Assembly (NCBI GenBank): GCA_048938005.1
Contig: JBHLMQ010000018.1
Span: 1-51,211, forward strand
DNA: 51,211 nucleotides
Source: Promethearchaeota archaeon
GTDB taxonomy: Archaea; Asgardarchaeota; Lokiarchaeia; Sigyniarchaeales; SOKP01
Direction of reading: 5' to 3'
Shown here: in pieces, positions 48,019 through 51,211 of the stretch
Numbering within the stretch: position 1 is the first letter of the stretch
Layout: each line of letters opens with the position of its first letter
The notes under the pieces: generated by a model
What the model was told of the DNA's origin: nothing
The model's input: only the letters and a program-made list of their open reading frames with translations
Database searches by the model: none
Made by a program: the position numbers and the translations under genes

Positions 48019-48858
48019 TTGTCAGGATTAAATCTTGATGTTGTTGGAAAAAAATATCCTGAGGTTACTTTTAAATATAATTGGAAAGATGTAGTACTGT
48101 ATGCTTTAGGGATTGGGGCTCAGGTTGACGAGTTACAATTTTTATATGAAGGATTTTCTGGGGGATTAAAAGTCTTCCCCAGTTATGCATGTATTGTAGC
48201 TAGTGGTGGTCTTCAGCTAAACAGGTTAGGAAAAATAGATTTTTCCCATTTTGTTCATGGTGAACAATCTATTCAACTTTATAAGCCTTTTTCTCCTTCT
48301 GGTGAGATAGTTTGTCAAGGGGAAGTTGAGAATATTTATGATAAGGGTAAAGCTGCAGTTATTCACATGAAGGTTTCAGGCTATACTAAAGACAGTAAAC
48401 CGATATTTGATACAAAATGGGTCTTTTTTTATCTTGGTGCTGGAGGTTTTGGTGGTAACCCTGGCCCAAAATCCGAGCCATTAAATCCTCCTGAAAATGT
48501 TGAACCTGATTTTAGCATAACTTATAAAACTAATGAAAATCAAGCAGCTTTATATAGACTTAATGCAGATTTGAACCCCTTACATATAGATCCCGAATTT
48601 GCCAGTAGGAGTGGGAGATTTAAAGGACCAATCCTCCATGGATTATGTACGTATGGTTTTACAACTCGTGCAATACTTTATAGTTTATGTGATGGAGATG
48701 TGGCACGGTTTAAAGAATTTAAAGCACGGTTCACAAGTGAGGTATACCCTGGAGAAACTCTGACCACAGAGGGTTGGAAAGATAATGGACGTTATATAAT
48801 TCAAGTAAGAACGGAAAGAGCTGTAGTACTGGGAAATGCCTATGCCATTGTAGAATAA
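48019..48858 (+). CDS. Double hot-dog MaoC-type (R)-specific enoyl-CoA hydratase 2
   Basis: LYALGIGA, VHGEQ, DKGK, YRLNADLNPLHIDP and PILHGLCTYG motifs; TTG start 8 nt after AGGTG. Confidence 0.9.
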   Translation: MSGLNLDVVGKKYPEVTFKYNWKDVVLYALGIGAQVDELQFLYEGFSGGLKVFPSYACIVASGGLQLNRLGKIDFSHFVHGEQSIQLYKPFSPSGEIVCQGEVENIYDKGKAAVIHMKVSGYTKDSKPIFDTKWVFFYLGAGGFGGNPGPKSEPLNPPENVEPDFSITYKTNENQAALYRLNADLNPLHIDPEFASRSGRFKGPILHGLCTYGFTTRAILYSLCDGDVARFKEFKARFTSEVYPGETLTTEGWKDNGRYIIQVRTERAVVLGNAYAIVE

Positions 48859-48925
48859 CTTTTAAAATTTATCCCTTTTTTCTTTTTACAAATTTTTTAA
48901 TAAAATAATTACTTAAGTTGATTTT

Positions 48926-49726
48926 ATGACTCATATAACAGAATTGTTTAAATTAGATGGAGAAGTTGCCCTTGTAACAGGTGGCGGGAGAGGCTTAGGA
49001 TATTTTTCAGCTGAGGGTTTAGTTGAAGCAGGAGCTGATGTAGCAATTTGCGGAAGAAATATTCACGGAAAATTAAATACTGCCGTTGAAAACCTAAAAA
49101 AAATTGGAGGAGATTGCATATCAATTAAGTGTGATATAAGAAAAGAAGACGATGTAAAGAATATGGCACAAACGATAGAAGATCATTATGGAAAATGTGA
49201 TATTTTAGTAAATAATGCTGGAATCTCTGATATGGCCCCATCTGTCTCGTATAGTTTAGAACGATGGAAAAAACTCATAAATACGAATGTAACAGGGACG
49301 TTCTTATGTTGTCGAGAAATAGGAAAAATGATGATTAAGCAAAAAAAAGGGAGTATCATTAACATTTCAAGTTTGAATGGCCAAGTAGGTTTTTCAGGTG
49401 GTATGACGGCTTATGCAACATCTAAAATTGGTATTGTTGGTATGACGAGATCGCTAGCAGTCGAGTGGGGAAGATATAATATCAGAGTTAATGCCATTCT
49501 TCCCGGCAATATGGAAGAAGGTATGATGGAAATTCTTCAAGATAAAAATGGTCCAATGTTTAAATCATTTGGAGTTCCCCTATTAAACCTAACTCCAATA
49601 AAAAGGTTCGGTAATAGAGATGATATAAAAGGAGTGGTTGTTTTTCTAGCATCTAAGGCGGGTGGTTATATTTCAGGTGCAAAGATCTTAGTTGATGGAG
49701 GAATTACTATCAATGGTGGTGTTTAG
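48926..49726 (+). CDS. Short-chain dehydrogenase/reductase
   Basis: TGGGRGLG, NNAG, NISS, YATSK, VNAILPG and VDGG motifs. Confidence 0.94.
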   Translation: MTHITELFKLDGEVALVTGGGRGLGYFSAEGLVEAGADVAICGRNIHGKLNTAVENLKKIGGDCISIKCDIRKEDDVKNMAQTIEDHYGKCDILVNNAGISDMAPSVSYSLERWKKLINTNVTGTFLCCREIGKMMIKQKKGSIINISSLNGQVGFSGGMTAYATSKIGIVGMTRSLAVEWGRYNIRVNAILPGNMEEGMMEILQDKNGPMFKSFGVPLLNLTPIKRFGNRDDIKGVVVFLASKAGGYISGAKILVDGGITINGGV

Positions 49727-49791
49727 ATCTAATAAGAGAATGAGATTTTTTTTATAAAAATAAAAAAGAATATAAAAATTGATTTAATAAT

Positions 49792-50919
49792 TTAATTCTT
49801 GCGTAGGGGGAGCATTCTTACAAATCTTTGGCCCTCAATAAGAGAAATAGCATTTTCAGGACAATTATAAGCACATAAACCACACCCAACACAATATTCT
49901 TCTATTCTTTCTGCTTTATCATCATCATTTAATTCAATAGCTTTATTATAGCATATATCTACACATGTACCACATCCTATACATAATTCTTCATCGATGT
50001 GAGCTAAGTAATTAGTTGCAGTAACTACAGGGTAAATCAAACAGTCTCTTGCATTTAAGCAACAACAGCTACAGCAATTACAAATAGCTACCTCTTCCTT
50101 GCCTATATCACCATATAGATGATACGCTTTATGGACTAACCCTGCATCTTCACATTTTTTTAGAATTTTTAAAGCTTCTTCTTTAGAAACCAATTTAGAG
50201 AAACCATGATTAGAAGTATGTCTTGCAGATTTACCTAACGTCATACAAGTTGGCGTAAGTTCGATTTGCTTACAAGGATTGCCTAGAAATTCTTGATGCT
50301 GACGACAATAGCAATTACCTACAGCAATATCATCATATTTTTCAATTAATTCTCTAATTTTTTGAGTTGGTAATATTTCTTCTATAGGGACTTGTAATTC
50401 TTCTTCCACGATAATGTTAATTTCTTCACCTGTTTCTAAATTTTCTAATATTGGGACCGTACGATCCAGTGGGGGCATTCCACTCAAATCTGAACTCATT
50501 TCATCATAATTAGATTGTATAACATCACTTTGCTCTTCATTTAATTGTTGGAATAATTTCGCTACCTTATAATTTTCTTCTGTTTTTTCAAGGTTTTTCA
50601 TGAAAATATATTCAAATTGCCTATGTGTTGGTAATAATCGATATACCATCACCCCATGACGATTAGGTTGGTTGAACATTACACCTGTTTTTGCTAAAGC
50701 ATCTACTTTTTTCAATATTTCTTCTTCAGATAATCCACTGCTCTCCTTTAACTGTTCCATTGTTTGGGAGATATTATTCTCAAAAGCCATTACAAGATCT
50801 AGATTTTCATCTTTAATGGTATACTTTAAAATATTAAGCAATGTGTCTGAAAATGGATAAGAAAACCCCCCTGCTTTAATCAAAATATTAGCAGCTTTTT
50901 TATAATCAGCTTCACTCAT
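49792..50919 (-). CDS. Multi-cluster iron-sulfur protein with N-terminal HTH-like region and C-terminal 2x[4Fe-4S] domain
   Basis: CYCRQH...C...C, CNCCSCCC, CIGCGTCVDIC and CVGCGLCAYNCP. ATG at 50919 or 50928. Confidence 0.85.
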   Translation of the reverse strand: MSEADYKKAANILIKAGGFSYPFSDTLLNILKYTIKDENLDLVMAFENNISQTMEQLKESSGLSEEEILKKVDALAKTGVMFNQPNRHGVMVYRLLPTHRQFEYIFMKNLEKTEENYKVAKLFQQLNEEQSDVIQSNYDEMSSDLSGMPPLDRTVPILENLETGEEINIIVEEELQVPIEEILPTQKIRELIEKYDDIAVGNCYCRQHQEFLGNPCKQIELTPTCMTLGKSARHTSNHGFSKLVSKEEALKILKKCEDAGLVHKAYHLYGDIGKEEVAICNCCSCCCLNARDCLIYPVVTATNYLAHIDEELCIGCGTCVDICYNKAIELNDDDKAERIEEYCVGCGLCAYNCPENAISLIEGQRFVRMLPLRKN

Positions 50920-51062
50920 TTTTAACATTTATTAATGTAATTAATCTTGTTTTTAAATATTAACTTATGATAATGAAAAAGTTATAATAATTCTTATTGG
51001 AAACATTTATTATAAATACCATTGAAATATATAATTTAGATATTAAAAGGTAGAAATAAATT

Positions 51063-51211
51063 ATGATTCCAAAAGAAGTGGAGTATGTATTTCAACCCAT
51101 TACCATTGGGGATGTGGAAATAAGCAATAGAATAATGATGGCACCCATGAATACGAGATTCGGTTATGATGGATATGTAAAAGATCAATTAGTAGATTAT
51201 TACGTGGAAAG
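51063..51211 (+). CDS. NADH:flavin oxidoreductase (Old Yellow Enzyme family), 3'-truncated by the window edge
   Basis: Translates to MIPKEVEYVFQPITIGDVEISNRIMMAPMNTRFGYDGYVKDQLVDYYVE; FxPxxIG...NRIxMAPM...YY is the OYE N-terminal signature. Confidence 0.88.
   Translation, partial: MIPKEVEYVFQPITIGDVEISNRIMMAPMNTRFGYDGYVKDQLVDYYVE

Noticed and set aside
942-50860. Short (60-103 aa) ORFs nested in or antisense to long genes, for example 942-1124, 1220-1468, 2230-2523, 3282-3482, 8000-8296, 25157-25462, 38045-38356, 50672-50860
   Set aside because: Shadow frames of well-supported genes with no motifs or RBS.

Overview
AT-rich prokaryotic window with no rRNA, tRNA, CRISPR array or mobile element that I can support. 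Archaeal Lrp/AsnC regulators, AGGTG(A) ribosome-binding sites, oligo-T terminators, a sequon-rich surface protein and eukaryote-like carbamoyl-phosphate synthase motifs suggest an archaeon, probably Asgard/Lokiarchaeia-like (inference only). Three blocks: (1) 0.5-11.8 kb, a nitrogen-assimilation locus: Lrp regulator, Zn-finger ORF, glnA, a rearranged glutamate synthase (tandem double FMN barrel plus a GATase-GXGXG fusion, no gltD) translationally coupled to etfB and a ferredoxin-fused etfA, then glutamine-dependent nadE. (2) 12-28 kb: heterodimeric ABC exporter, a 1764-aa surface glycoprotein with five repeats at an exact 303-bp period, a stand-alone Lrp ligand-binding domain, and carAB. (3) 28-51 kb, a catabolic island: two FabK/NMO paralogs, a divergent AbfD-like dehydratase, two cytoplasmic DmsAB-like molybdoenzyme pairs, TetR, an alkyl-sulfatase-like hydrolase and both S- and R-type beta-oxidation enzymes. 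The best candidate for an undescribed system is an ETF-coupled, possibly electron-bifurcating, glutamate synthase. Second, two genes have conserved N-termini that can only be translated from non-canonical (ATT/ATA) starts or by recoding.
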